The notes under the pieces were generated by a model. The model did no database searches. It saw nothing but the letters and a program-made list of their open reading frames with translations, and was not told where the DNA came from. A stretch of 64,000 nt of DNA from the NCBI GenBank assembly GCA_963660495.1, contig CAVKYO010000006.1, forward strand, positions 1,810-65,809, given 5' to 3'. The stretch is from Acidaminococcus fermentans (GTDB lineage Bacteria > Bacillota_I > Bacilli_A > RF39 > UBA660). Numbering within the stretch: position 1 is the stretch's first letter; every line of letters begins with the position of its first letter. This document shows positions 38,145 to 48,190 of this stretch, piece after piece. Made by a program: the position numbers and the translations under genes.

Positions 38145-38765
38145 TTAATCTAAATTTTTTTGTTCTGGAAAAATTATTTTTTTATTCATATTAAAATATT
38201 GAACAGCTGATATTATTGACATAACACAAGCAAAATATAAAAGCAATTCATTAACATTTATATTAATAAGTTCAAATGGCCAGTTATAAAAAAATGTTAA
38301 GGCAACACCAGTCATTAAAGCAGCAGTTTTAATTTTACCTGCACCAATAGCAGCTACTACTTTACCTTTTCCAGCAGCCTCCATCTTAATCGCATTAACA
38401 ACAATATCTCTCAAAACAATAATTACTGGAATAATCTCATTAATAAAACCATGAGCGGCTAAAATAATTAAAACTGAGTTTACTAAAACTTTATCAGCAA
38501 TAGCATCCAACATTTTTCCTGTATCAGTAATCAAATTATATTTACGTGCTATCTTGCCATCCAAAAAATCCGTAAAACTAGCAATTATAAATATTATACC
38601 AGCTATAACATATTGAGACTCCACTGGTGAAGATATTCCAGAAATATCAAACTTTGGAAATTGAATTCCAACAGCATAAAATGGAAAAACCAACAAAACA
38701 ATAACAACAACAGATAAAATTAAACGTAAAACCGTAAGCTTATTAGGCAAATTCATAATTAACAT
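38145..38765 (-). CDS. pgsA: CDP-diacylglycerol--glycerol-3-phosphate 3-phosphatidyltransferase
   Basis: CDP-alcohol phosphotransferase motif DFLDGKIARK...DAIADK. It is positioned between rodZ and recA as in Bacillus. Confidence 0.85.
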   Translation of the reverse strand: MLIMNLPNKLTVLRLILSVVVIVLLVFPFYAVGIQFPKFDISGISSPVESQYVIAGIIFIIASFTDFLDGKIARKYNLITDTGKMLDAIADKVLVNSVLIILAAHGFINEIIPVIIVLRDIVVNAIKMEAAGKGKVVAAIGAGKIKTAALMTGVALTFFYNWPFELININVNELLLYFACVMSIISAVQYFNMNKKIIFPEQKNLD

Positions 38766-39231
38766 TCCTCTCTTTTGACAATAATTCAGTAGTTCTTTCT
38801 GGTGCTTTATTAATTGAGCTAATAATCAAATATAATATACCAAAAATAACAATTATAAAAACAATAGCCATAACAAAAGGCCAAGGTCCAATTTTCTTCT
38901 TATATTCCTTAGTATAAGGAGAAACTGCCTTTTTTTCCTCTTCTTCCATCTTCTTTTGAGCCATTTTTATATCTTCTAATGAAATTTTAGAAGTGTGTTC
39001 AAATAAAAAACCATTAAATTCATCAATAACTTTTTCTGGATTAAGGCCTAAATATTTAGCATATTGTCTTACATCTTCTTTTAAAGCATACACATCTTTA
39101 AAAGCTTTAACATTACCAGATTCTATATTTTCGAGTTGTACTGTCGAAAGATCTAAATCCTCAGCTGCCTCAGCTATACTAACACCATTACTGATACGAG
39201 TTCGCTTCAAATAATCGCCTAACTCTTTCAC
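38743..39231 (-). CDS. rodZ: RodZ/YmfM-like HTH membrane protein
   Basis: N-terminal XRE-type HTH (LGDYLKRTRISNGVSIAEAAEDL) followed by a single TM segment. It sits upstream of pgsA. Confidence 0.6.
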   Translation of the reverse strand: MKELGDYLKRTRISNGVSIAEAAEDLDLSTVQLENIESGNVKAFKDVYALKEDVRQYAKYLGLNPEKVIDEFNGFLFEHTSKISLEDIKMAQKKMEEEEKKAVSPYTKEYKKKIGPWPFVMAIVFIIVIFGILYLIISSINKAPERTTELLSKERNVNYEFA

Positions 39232-39257
39232 ATTAACACCTCACATAATAAACAAAT

Positions 39258-39622
39258 AATATAAATAAGCCATGTTCTGTTCTTAGTTACCTAAGCGACA
39301 AACATTTATCTACCAGCTATTAACTAGTCTCTAATCAGATTCAATTCTCTTCATAGAACTCCCCTACCAATTAATTTGGGTTTCTCGCTCGTTGGGTTTA
39401 CCGCGTTTCACTTTCTTTGTTTCCAAAAAAATTCGTCACTGTGGCACTTTATGGTTTTGTATCATATCAACGACTTAGATACAAATTCCGCCGTTAGCAA
39501 AGCTACCCTAGGTTATTTATTCCCTAGGAACGATCACTACAGTCATCGCAGACTGTGCGAGCATGGACTTTCCTCAAGGACCTCAAGAGTCCCAGCGTTT
39601 GTCTATATATTAATTGTTTTCC
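39258..39622 (-). ncRNA. rnpB: RNase P RNA, type B (Bacillus-type)
   Basis: The reverse complement contains GAGGAAAGTCCATGCTCGCAC (P4), AAAGTGCCACAGTGACGAA, GGAACGCGGTAAACCC...GAGCGAGAAACCCAAAT...GGTAGGGGA and ACAGAACATGGCTTA. These are near-identical to conserved B. subtilis RNase P RNA blocks. This region has a locally elevated GC. The ends given are approximate. Confidence 0.85.
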
Positions 39623-39960
39623 CTTTCTTCTTTTTCTCTCATATTAGCATAAACCAATTTTTCAAGTTGAGATAATCTTCGAATAACATCAACATTACTA
39701 ACTTCTACATTTTCATTATTACGAACAACTTCCATACTCAACTTAGAATTACGAAGTTCCTGCTTTAAATTGACAATTTCTGCCATCAAATCAGTTTTTT
39801 CTTTTTCCAAGTTGTTTATTATATCATAAAACTGCTCATAATCACCAATAATTACATCTAAAAATTGATCCACTTCTTTTAATCTATAACCACGGGTATC
39901 AATTTTGAATTCCTTTTCCAAAATATCCTGTGGTTTAAGTGTAATTCTATTTTGATACAT
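39610..39960 (-). CDS. gpsB: Cell-cycle protein GpsB (DivIVA-domain)
   Basis: The N-terminal DivIVA domain ILEKEFKIDTRGYRLKEVDQFLD is typical of GpsB. It is adjacent to rnpB as in B. subtilis. Confidence 0.75.
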   Translation of the reverse strand: MYQNRITLKPQDILEKEFKIDTRGYRLKEVDQFLDVIIGDYEQFYDIINNLEKEKTDLMAEIVNLKQELRNSKLSMEVVRNNENVEVSNVDVIRRLSQLEKLVYANMREKEERENN

Positions 39961-39994
39961 TAAATCACCAATCCCTTACAGTAATATTATGTCA

Positions 39995-40183
39995 TTAATG
40001 CTTACTTTTGTCAATTGCTAACCTATTTAAAGCATAAGTTAATTTTGTATTAATTTTTACATATTCTGTTTTATCTATCATCTTATTAAGTATTCTAATA
40101 ATTTCAAAGTTATTCATCAATATCACCAAAAACATAATACTACAAAAAAAATAAGTAATCATAAATTCGACAATAAAAGTCAA
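39995..40183 (-). CDS. Hypothetical small hydrophobic protein
   Basis: 62 aa with no motif. Weak. Confidence 0.2.
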   Translation of the reverse strand: MTFIVEFMITYFFCSIMFLVILMNNFEIIRILNKMIDKTEYVKINTKLTYALNRLAIDKSKH

Positions 40184-40254
40184 AAGAACTCATAAAAATA
40201 AATATAAATTATAGAAAAATTCATCATATTATAGTATAATGAACAATAGGTGAT

Positions 40255-40824
40255 GTGATGAACTATCCAAATGGTATTACTAAAAATAGTAATCATGAAA
40301 TTATATTTGGTAACAGAGGAATGGCTTTAGAAAATGATCTAAATGCAACCAATGAATATTATCGAAGTATTGATAAAGCATACATATATAAAAAGCCAAC
40401 ACCTGTAAAAATAACAAAAGTAAATTATCCATCCAGAGATAAAGCTGTCATAACACAAGCTTTCTTCACCGTACCATCGACAACAGATTACAATGGTATA
40501 TATGATGGAAAATATATTGATTTTGAAGCCAAAGAAACAAAAAATAAAACTTCATTTTCATTAAGAAATATTCATCCTCATCAAATACAACATTTAAAAA
40601 ATATATATAACCATAAAGGAATTGCTTTTTTAATTGTCCGTTTTACTAGTTTAAATGAAACATATATATTAATGGCAAATGACTTAATTGAGTTTATAGA
40701 AAGTAATAAAAGAGAATCAATACCAATATCTTACTTCAAGGAAAAAGCTCATCAAGTAAAAGAAGGTTATATACCAAGGATTGATTATTTAAAAGTAATT
40801 GATCAAATTATTGGAGGTATTTAA
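40255..40824 (+). CDS. recU: Holliday junction resolvase RecU
   Basis: GMALENDLNATNEYY and the downstream catalytic D/E/K residues match RecU. It lies upstream of ponA as in Bacilli. Confidence 0.85.
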   Translation: MMNYPNGITKNSNHEIIFGNRGMALENDLNATNEYYRSIDKAYIYKKPTPVKITKVNYPSRDKAVITQAFFTVPSTTDYNGIYDGKYIDFEAKETKNKTSFSLRNIHPHQIQHLKNIYNHKGIAFLIVRFTSLNETYILMANDLIEFIESNKRESIPISYFKEKAHQVKEGYIPRIDYLKVIDQIIGGI

Positions 40825-40825
40825 A

Positions 40826-43747
40826 ATGCAAAAAAAAGAAATAAAAAGACGAAGACCTAATAGTAAAAAACAAAGTATGCCAAGGCGTAGTACAAATAGT
40901 ACAAAAAACATAAAAAAACGTATAACTCCGGTATCCTCTAAAGAAGAAAAACAAGCAAAACTAATTTTTGCAATAGTTTTTGTAGTTATAGTCCTATTAT
41001 GTTATTTTACACTAGGAACATTTTTTGCACTACTAACTGGAGTTGGTATTGCTATAATCATTGGTGTTGCTAAAATATTAGAGAAATGCAAGTCTGGTAA
41101 AAAAACAAAGAAAGCAGTAAAAATAATTTTAATGATTATTTTAGGATTAGGAATTCTATTACTATGTGCTTTCACAGCATTCTTAATATACATAAAAATA
41201 GATGCTGATCCTAAGTATGTTACATCCAAACTTGAAACACAAGAAAACACATCTTTCCTAGATATTAATAATAATGAATATGCAAAACTAGGAAGTGAAA
41301 TGCGTGAAAAAGTCAAATATGAAGAACTACCAGAAGTATTAATAGATGCTATCATCGCAACAGAAGATTCAAGATTCTTTCAACATAATGGATTTGACGC
41401 ACCAAGATTTTTAAAAGCATCTATTGGGCAAGTTGCTGCTAAGCTTCTACATAGAAGTACAAACGCCGGTGGAGCTTCCACTCTAACAATGCAAGTTGTA
41501 AAAAATAGTTTAACAAATGCCTACGCTACAGAAGGAATTACTGGTATTGTTCGTAAATTTGAAGATATCTATCTAGCAATATTTAAACTAGAAAAGAATT
41601 GTAGTAAAGAACAAATAATTGAATATTATGTAAATAACCATTACCTATCTGGAAATGTATACGGAGTTCAAGAAGCTGCTCAAACTTACTTTGGAAAATC
41701 CGTTAGTGAATTGAATTTAAGTGAAGCGGCAACTCTAGCTGGTATGTTTAAATCTCCTAACTACTACAATCCAGAAGAACATCCAGATAGAGCTGAAGAA
41801 AGAAGAAAAACCGTCTTATACTTAATGAAAAGACATGGCTACATCACAGCTGAAGAAGAAAAAATTGCCAATAGTATTCCAGTTTCATCATTAATCGCAA
41901 CATCAACAGAGAGTACTTACAATAGTCAATACGGAGGATATATTGATACAGTTGTTGATGAAATCAAAGAAAAATATGGAGTTAATCCATATACCACACC
42001 ATTAATTGTCTATACAAACTTAGATCCAACTAAACAAGACGCTGTAAACAGTGTTATGAATGGTGAAAGTTATACTTGGATAAATGATAAAGTACAAGCT
42101 GGTGTTTCAGTACTAGATACAGAAACAGGTAAAATACTAGCAATAGGAAATGGTCGTAACATTGGAGACCGTTCTGCAAACAAAGCTGGTCAATGGAATT
42201 ACGCAACAAAAAACAAAAGACAGCCAGGTTCAACTGCAAAACCATTATTTGACTATGGACCGGGAATAGAATACAACAACTGGTCAACGTATACAATATT
42301 TGAAGATGCACCATATACCTACTCTGATGGAAGAAAAATTAACAACTGGGATGGAGGCTACTATGGAGCAATAACATTACGTCGTGCACTATCAACATCG
42401 CGTAACATTCCAGCACTAAAAGCATTCCAACAAGTAGATAATAAAAAAATACTAGAATTTGTTTCAAACTTAGGAATAAGTCCAGAAGTATGTACAACAG
42501 GATATACATATGATACTAATACTTTAAAATGTGTAAATAAAAATGGTGATACTGAAGAACCATCAAAAGTACATGAAGCTCACTCAATCGGAGCCTTCTC
42601 TGGTACAAATCCATTACAAATGAGTGCTGCATATGCTGCTTTCTCAAACGGTGGATATTATAATGAACCATATAGTGTTAGTAAAATAGTATTTAAAAAT
42701 ACAAATGAAGTAAAAGAACATAATAGTGATAATTATGTAATAAAAAGAAAAGCAATGTCTGATTCAACAGCATTCATGATTACGAGTGTATTACAAGATG
42801 TTAACTTAAATGGTGGTAATCCAACTAACGTAGCCAGAAAAACAGGAACAACAAACTACGATAGTGCCACAATGGAAAACAAGAACTTACCGTGGGACGC
42901 AATTAGAGATTCCTGGGTAGTTGGATATTCAACCAAGACAGCAATTGCACTTTGGTATGGATATGACTTTATTGATAGCGAATACTGTTTACACAACATT
43001 CCTGCAACAGTACAAAAAGATAAAATATTCAATGCCCTAATAAACTCAGGTGCTATGGAATCCAATAGAGAAGCATTTAAACAACCGGATAGTGTTGTTA
43101 AAGTGGGAGTAGTATCAGGTACAAATCCTCCAAAACTAGCAGGAAGCTACACAGGCTCAGTAGTATATGAATACTTCAAAAAAGGATATGAACCAGATGA
43201 AACATATACAGAAGAAAAACTTGCTGCTCCAGAAGACTTTAATGCAAAATACAGTAAAATAACTAAAAAAGTTACGCTAAGTTGGAAATCAGTAAGCACA
43301 TCAGGAATTGATGATGATGACTATGGAACTTTCGGATATAATGTCTACTATAACAATACACTGATAGGTTTCACCGATAAAACATCATTTACATATACAC
43401 CTACTTCAAGTCCATACGGTACCTATAAAGTTATGGCAACATATAAAAGCTATTCAGGTATTCAAAGTCAAGCCGCAACTTATACCCTAGAAGAAGATGA
43501 AGATGAAGACTTAGAACTAGAATATACAGGTCCAACAACAATTCCAGCATCATCTACACTATCACTTAACACTACAGACTTTATAGTTAAAAGTAACGGT
43601 TCAGCAGTAACAGCGACAGTCGAATCATGTACGCCAAGTACAATCATTCTATCAGGAAAACATATAGTTACATGTACCGTAAAATATAAAGATAAAACCA
43701 AATATTTAACTACAACAATATCAACAACAAAAGAATCAACAGAATAA
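40826..43747 (+). CDS. ponA: Penicillin-binding protein 1A (bifunctional glycosyltransferase/transpeptidase) with a long C-terminal extension
   Basis: Basic N-terminus plus TM. GT51 motifs EDSRFFQHNGFD and GASTLTMQ. Transpeptidase motifs STAKP, SRN and KTGT. ~975 aa from the ATG at 40826, which has a GGAGGT RBS. Confidence 0.85.
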   Translation: MQKKEIKRRRPNSKKQSMPRRSTNSTKNIKKRITPVSSKEEKQAKLIFAIVFVVIVLLCYFTLGTFFALLTGVGIAIIIGVAKILEKCKSGKKTKKAVKIILMIILGLGILLLCAFTAFLIYIKIDADPKYVTSKLETQENTSFLDINNNEYAKLGSEMREKVKYEELPEVLIDAIIATEDSRFFQHNGFDAPRFLKASIGQVAAKLLHRSTNAGGASTLTMQVVKNSLTNAYATEGITGIVRKFEDIYLAIFKLEKNCSKEQIIEYYVNNHYLSGNVYGVQEAAQTYFGKSVSELNLSEAATLAGMFKSPNYYNPEEHPDRAEERRKTVLYLMKRHGYITAEEEKIANSIPVSSLIATSTESTYNSQYGGYIDTVVDEIKEKYGVNPYTTPLIVYTNLDPTKQDAVNSVMNGESYTWINDKVQAGVSVLDTETGKILAIGNGRNIGDRSANKAGQWNYATKNKRQPGSTAKPLFDYGPGIEYNNWSTYTIFEDAPYTYSDGRKINNWDGGYYGAITLRRALSTSRNIPALKAFQQVDNKKILEFVSNLGISPEVCTTGYTYDTNTLKCVNKNGDTEEPSKVHEAHSIGAFSGTNPLQMSAAYAAFSNGGYYNEPYSVSKIVFKNTNEVKEHNSDNYVIKRKAMSDSTAFMITSVLQDVNLNGGNPTNVARKTGTTNYDSATMENKNLPWDAIRDSWVVGYSTKTAIALWYGYDFIDSEYCLHNIPATVQKDKIFNALINSGAMESNREAFKQPDSVVKVGVVSGTNPPKLAGSYTGSVVYEYFKKGYEPDETYTEEKLAAPEDFNAKYSKITKKVTLSWKSVSTSGIDDDDYGTFGYNVYYNNTLIGFTDKTSFTYTPTSSPYGTYKVMATYKSYSGIQSQAATYTLEEDEDEDLELEYTGPTTIPASSTLSLNTTDFIVKSNGSAVTATVESCTPSTIILSGKHIVTCTVKYKDKTKYLTTTISTTKESTE

Positions 43748-43775
43748 CGGTTCTTCGAAATTCAGTGGACCTGAA

Positions 43776-43810
43776 AAATCACATCTAAATATTAGGTGTG
43801 ATTTTTATTG
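43776..43810 (+). terminator. Rho-independent terminator after ponA
   Basis: AAATCACATCT-aaatatt-AGGTGTGATTT hairpin followed by TTATTG. Confidence 0.5.
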
Positions 43811-43954
43811 CATTTTATTCTTTTAAAATTCCTAAAGAATATAAAAACTAAACTACTTTTTATAAAGAGTCTGTAAATAAATTTATAACATTTTTTTTGC
43901 TAGGTCCATCGAATTTCAAAGAACCAGAATAACAAAAATACTAGCAAATATTAG

Positions 43955-44566
43955 CTAGTATTTTTTTCTACATATATCTTTTAGTTTACATTCCTCACAT
44001 AAAGGTTTAACTGCCTTACAATAATATCTTCCAAATAAAACCATTTGTAAATGCCTTTTAGACCAAGACCCTTTAGGAAACTTTTTCATAAGTTTCTTTT
44101 CTATTGTAAGAACATTATCCTTAGCATAAACCAGTTTTAACCTTTTAGACACTCTTTCAACATGTGTATCAACAGCAATAGCCGGTTCATTATAAAATTC
44201 ACTCAAAAAAACATTAACAGTCTTTCTACCAACTCCAGGAAAACTCTCCAAAACTTCCCTATTCCTTGGAACTATACCATTATATTCATCACATAACTTT
44301 TCAGCAATATTTAAAACATATAAAGACTTTTTATGATAAGATCCCACTGGTCTAATAATTAACTCCAATTCATCAATAGAAGCATTCCTCAAATCTTCCA
44401 AAGAAGAATACTTTGAAAATAATATTGAAGTAACAGAATTAACTCGTTTATCAGTAGACTGAGCACTCAAAACAACAGCAATAAGTAACTCATAGTCTTT
44501 AGTATAATTAAGTTCACACTTAGGATCAGGAAATAAATAATCAAGATACGCCTCAATCCTATTCAT
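43955..44566 (-). CDS. nth: Endonuclease III
   Basis: HhH-GPD motif, the FPGVGRKTVNV hairpin and a C-terminal 4Fe-4S cluster CxxxxxxCxxCxxxxxC (CKAVKPLCEECKLKDIC). The start was chosen at MNRIEAYL. Confidence 0.85.
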   Translation of the reverse strand: MNRIEAYLDYLFPDPKCELNYTKDYELLIAVVLSAQSTDKRVNSVTSILFSKYSSLEDLRNASIDELELIIRPVGSYHKKSLYVLNIAEKLCDEYNGIVPRNREVLESFPGVGRKTVNVFLSEFYNEPAIAVDTHVERVSKRLKLVYAKDNVLTIEKKLMKKFPKGSWSKRHLQMVLFGRYYCKAVKPLCEECKLKDICRKKY

Positions 44567-45233
44567 CATCATCAAACCAATCCCAATCCATAATATCCAT
44601 ATCGACATCACTAGAAGTTTCTTCTTTAGCCTTAGCCCTTTTCTTTCGATTATCAGAAACATCTTTAGCAGTCTTTATACCAAGCTTAGACCATTCATAT
44701 AAAATCTTATCTATATATCTCAAATTAGAAACTCCATTATAAGTAGCCTCTTTAATAGCCTCCTGAATAAGCTCCTCACTCATATCATTATCCAACCAAG
44801 CCCTAATAATTTCATATTCCATAGGACTAAGAGTTCTACCAAACTCCTTTTCTATAACTTCATAAATATTAGAATTATCAGCAGAAGAAACACTATTAAC
44901 TTCACCCATAGTAATAAGAGATAACTTACTATAAAAGTCATCCATCAAAACCATTTCTTCCATAAGACCCTTTTCATTTTTCATAACCTCTACTCTAATA
45001 AAATGTTTATCAGAAAGAGTTCCTATATAATTCATAACATCTTTAATATCTAAATTTAAATCACTAGCAAACTTACTAGGATCAAATATAAACTTATTAC
45101 CCAAATTATATAAATACATTAAAAATAGAAACTCACCTACTTCTAACTTTAAATCTTTATAATGTTGTAACATAAAAAGAGGAATAACAACATGTCCCTG
45201 CTTAAAAATATCTATCAATTTAGCACTTTTCAC
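44559..45233 (-). CDS. dnaD: DNA replication protein DnaD
   Basis: Winged-helix N-domain, then the DnaD-like C-domain LSPMEYEIIRAWLD and an acidic tail. It is adjacent to nth as in B. subtilis. Confidence 0.7.
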   Translation of the reverse strand: MKSAKLIDIFKQGHVVIPLFMLQHYKDLKLEVGEFLFLMYLYNLGNKFIFDPSKFASDLNLDIKDVMNYIGTLSDKHFIRVEVMKNEKGLMEEMVLMDDFYSKLSLITMGEVNSVSSADNSNIYEVIEKEFGRTLSPMEYEIIRAWLDNDMSEELIQEAIKEATYNGVSNLRYIDKILYEWSKLGIKTAKDVSDNRKKRAKAKEETSSDVDMDIMDWDWFDDDE

Positions 45234-45268
45234 TTATATCACCTCTTTTAATTATATATAATATCATA

Positions 45269-46363
45269 TTAATTAGTATATTTACCAACAATATATTTTA
45301 ATATATCTTCTTCTTCATTCTTAACTCTTCTATATAATACAGCATGAATCAAATCATCATACACCTCTTTTAAATAGCTCCCTGGCTCCATTTTCAAAGC
45401 TTTTAATATCTCATCACAAGAAATATTTAAATCCTTCTTAGAATGAATAGCTAAGTTAGCATAAGACTCTGTAATATTTTTCTTATCAAGTCCCTTTATC
45501 CCACCAGCAACACTATTAACATAAAGACCATATTTATATAAAGCCATAGGATCTAAATTATTTAGTTTTAATGCTTCATTAACATTACCAATAAGTTCTC
45601 TTTCATTACTAGTAAAAGGATATTTATCAACAACATTTAAAATACTCCATACAGCTATCAAATCATCAGTATTTTTAACTTCCCTTAACTTAGGAAGTTC
45701 TAATTCTACATCAAGTCCAAAATCCAATAAAAGTTTAATACCTTTCATACTATTACTACAAGTAAATATCTTATCTAATTCTTCTTTTTTTCTATAATAG
45801 GACAAATTCTTAAGTAAATATTTATATGAATAAATTGCTTTAACAACATCATCATCCAAATCAAAATCCAATATAGTAGCAAATCTAACAGCTCTTAATA
45901 TTCTAAGACAATCCTCTTCAAACTTATGATTGGCATCTCCTATAGTTCTAATAACTTTTTTTTCTATATCATCTTTACCAGATAATAAATCTATTATTTG
46001 ACCAGACTCATCCATACAAATAGCGTTAATAGTAAAATCTCTTCTCAATAAATCATCTTTTAAATTATCTATATATTTAACCTCTGCTGGTCTTCTATTA
46101 TTAATGTAACTAATATCTTTTCTAAAAGTAGTTATTTCAAAACGAACACCTTTACTTATAACAGTAACAGAACCATAATCTTCTGCTGGTAAACAACTAT
46201 TTTCAAATATTTCTTTTATTTCTTTAGGTGTAGCATTTGTTGCTATATCGATATCATGTGATTCAATACCAAGTAAATAGTCTCTAACAAAACCACCTAC
46301 TATATATGACTCATAACCATGTGAGTTTATTTCTTTAATAAATTTTAAAGCTGCTTCTTGCAT
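45269..46363 (-). CDS. cca: CCA-adding tRNA nucleotidyltransferase
   Basis: The polymerase-beta-type head motif GGFVRDYLLG...DIDIAT is present. Confidence 0.8.
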   Translation of the reverse strand: MQEAALKFIKEINSHGYESYIVGGFVRDYLLGIESHDIDIATNATPKEIKEIFENSCLPAEDYGSVTVISKGVRFEITTFRKDISYINNRRPAEVKYIDNLKDDLLRRDFTINAICMDESGQIIDLLSGKDDIEKKVIRTIGDANHKFEEDCLRILRAVRFATILDFDLDDDVVKAIYSYKYLLKNLSYYRKKEELDKIFTCSNSMKGIKLLLDFGLDVELELPKLREVKNTDDLIAVWSILNVVDKYPFTSNERELIGNVNEALKLNNLDPMALYKYGLYVNSVAGGIKGLDKKNITESYANLAIHSKKDLNISCDEILKALKMEPGSYLKEVYDDLIHAVLYRRVKNEEEDILKYIVGKYTN

Positions 46364-46454
46364 ATTATCACCATCTCATAAATATTATACCAAATAACTT
46401 ATTATCTAACAATAAAACATTCCGACAAAAACAAAAGGTAAGTATCAAAAACTC

Positions 46455-46495
46455 TAAAAAAAAGAACCATATATGATAAATCATATGGCTCTAAA
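46455..46495 (-). terminator. Rho-independent terminator downstream of hup
   Basis: Minus-strand GAGCCATATGAT-ttatc-ATATATGGTTC hairpin followed by TTTTT. Confidence 0.55.
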
Positions 46496-46505
46496 CTACT
46501 TATAA

Positions 46506-46778
46506 TTAGTTTACTGCGTCTTTTAATGCAGTTCCTGCTTTGAAAGTAACAGCTTTTCTAGCAGCAATTTTAACTGTTTCACCAGTTCTAGGATTACGTC
46601 CTTCACGAGCAGCTCTTTCAGATACAGCAAAAGTACCAAATCCAACTAATGGAACTTTATCTCCTTTTACTAATGCTTCAGTAATTGTAGCAAAAGTAGC
46701 ATCAATTGCTCTAGTAGCATCTGCTTTAGTTAATCCTGTAGCAGCAACAACAGCTTCTACTAATTCAACTTTTTTCAT
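46506..46778 (-). CDS. hup: DNA-binding protein HU
   Basis: MKKVELVEAV...GFGTF...RNPRTGE are canonical HU motifs. The local GC is clearly above its surroundings, which is typical of a highly conserved and highly expressed gene. Confidence 0.9.
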   Translation of the reverse strand: MKKVELVEAVVAATGLTKADATRAIDATFATITEALVKGDKVPLVGFGTFAVSERAAREGRNPRTGETVKIAARKAVTFKAGTALKDAVN

Positions 46779-46885
46779 AAAATTTATACCTCCCAATTGT
46801 TAATTAAGCATAACTTATGCTTACATATAAAACTTACCATGTTTTAATATAAAAAGCAAGAAATATCAAAGAAATTTACAAAGTT

Positions 46886-47218
46886 TTACTTCATCTTTTC
46901 ATTAATAGAAGCAAGTAATGAAATGATATGTCCAATAGCAAAGAAGAATAAACAGAATAAAAAACTTATAAACCAGAATAAAATCATCAAGAAAAAGTTA
47001 AATTCTGTCGCAACACAAGTATCACTATATAAAGTTGCTGTTGAGCTACAAGCAGGAAACAAATTGCCAAGTATTATACCAAAGGCAAAACAAAGGATAT
47101 ATGTAACAATAGCGAACTTTTGATAACCATTAAATTGATATTTACCAACTTCTTTTTCAATACTATTTAATCTAGGAAGATCTTTTTTACTATCATTAAT
47201 CTCATCAAACATATTCAT
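46886..47218 (-). CDS. Hypothetical small membrane protein
   Basis: 110 aa with 2 TM segments and no motif. Confidence 0.3.
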   Translation of the reverse strand: MNMFDEINDSKKDLPRLNSIEKEVGKYQFNGYQKFAIVTYILCFAFGIILGNLFPACSSTATLYSDTCVATEFNFFLMILFWFISFLFCLFFFAIGHIISLLASINEKMK

Positions 47219-47220
47219 AA

Positions 47221-48069
47221 CTATTTACTTCCTTTCTTTTCGGACTTCTTATTAGACTTATCGCCCTCTTTTTCTTTATTTTGAAGCTTATCATTAACAC
47301 TCTTTTCCAATGTATTTTCAGTTTTATTAGAAGTAACATCACTTATTGTATCAGTGACTTGTTCACATACATCTTCTATCTTTTCACCAATATCAGAAGC
47401 AATATCATTTACTTTTTCTTTATACTTATCAAAATTACCAGTATTCTTAGTATTTACCTTTTTAAAATCTAAATAAGTACCATATAAGTAGATATATCGT
47501 GCAAATAATATTACATATATACAATCAAATGTTGCTAAAACAGTACCATTAAATGTAGCTGTAGAAATAAGATTAACTGTAAACAATATAACTTCTATTA
47601 TCACTACTGCATAAAAGAACCATTCATTAGTAAGTTCATTAAATGGTGACTTACTTAAATCAAATTCTTTCCAAAGTCTTGTCCCTCTCATAAATATATG
47701 AAAGAAATAAATAAGTATTAACATATGAATAGCTAAAGATAACAATGTAACTAAACCAAAACTTTGAAAAACAGTTAAAATAGCTGTAATAAATGTAATA
47801 AAAAATACAACAATCATAAATATATTAGAATAATCAAAGTATTTTTTACCAAGTTTAGTCTTTAATGAAACAAAATAAACTAAAGCTATCATATAAGTAA
47901 TATTATGATTAAGTATGTCTTGAAACATTCTAATAGGATCTATATTACTATTAATTGAAAAAGACTGACTACTTAAAATAATAACTGAAATAATTAAAAT
48001 AATTAACCAAGTAATAATTGATGGATTATCGTACCATTCTATATTATTCTTTTTTTCTTCTAAATTCAT
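47221..48069 (-). CDS. Hypothetical polytopic membrane protein with a lysine-rich C-terminal tail
   Basis: 282 aa with about 6 TM helices. The C-terminus is KEKEGDKSNKKSEKKGSK. Confidence 0.35.
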   Translation of the reverse strand: MNLEEKKNNIEWYDNPSIITWLIILIISVIILSSQSFSINSNIDPIRMFQDILNHNITYMIALVYFVSLKTKLGKKYFDYSNIFMIVVFFITFITAILTVFQSFGLVTLLSLAIHMLILIYFFHIFMRGTRLWKEFDLSKSPFNELTNEWFFYAVVIIEVILFTVNLISTATFNGTVLATFDCIYVILFARYIYLYGTYLDFKKVNTKNTGNFDKYKEKVNDIASDIGEKIEDVCEQVTDTISDVTSNKTENTLEKSVNDKLQNKEKEGDKSNKKSEKKGSK

Positions 48070-48190
48070 TAAATCACCTTCCTTAAAATAAGTATATCAC
48101 AAAACAAAACTGTTAATATAAATAAAGTGAAATTTCTTTGAAAGTTTACAAATGTATGCTATAATTAATGCTGAATTAAGGAGGGATACT

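Noticed and set aside
39376-39675. 99-aa plus-strand ORF
   Set aside because: It lies entirely within or antisense to the RNase P RNA gene, whose conserved blocks explain the sequence conservation. It has no RBS and an odd composition.
46540-46803. 87-aa ORF antisense to hup
   Set aside because: HU is unambiguous on the other strand. The antisense frame stays open only because of the locally higher GC.
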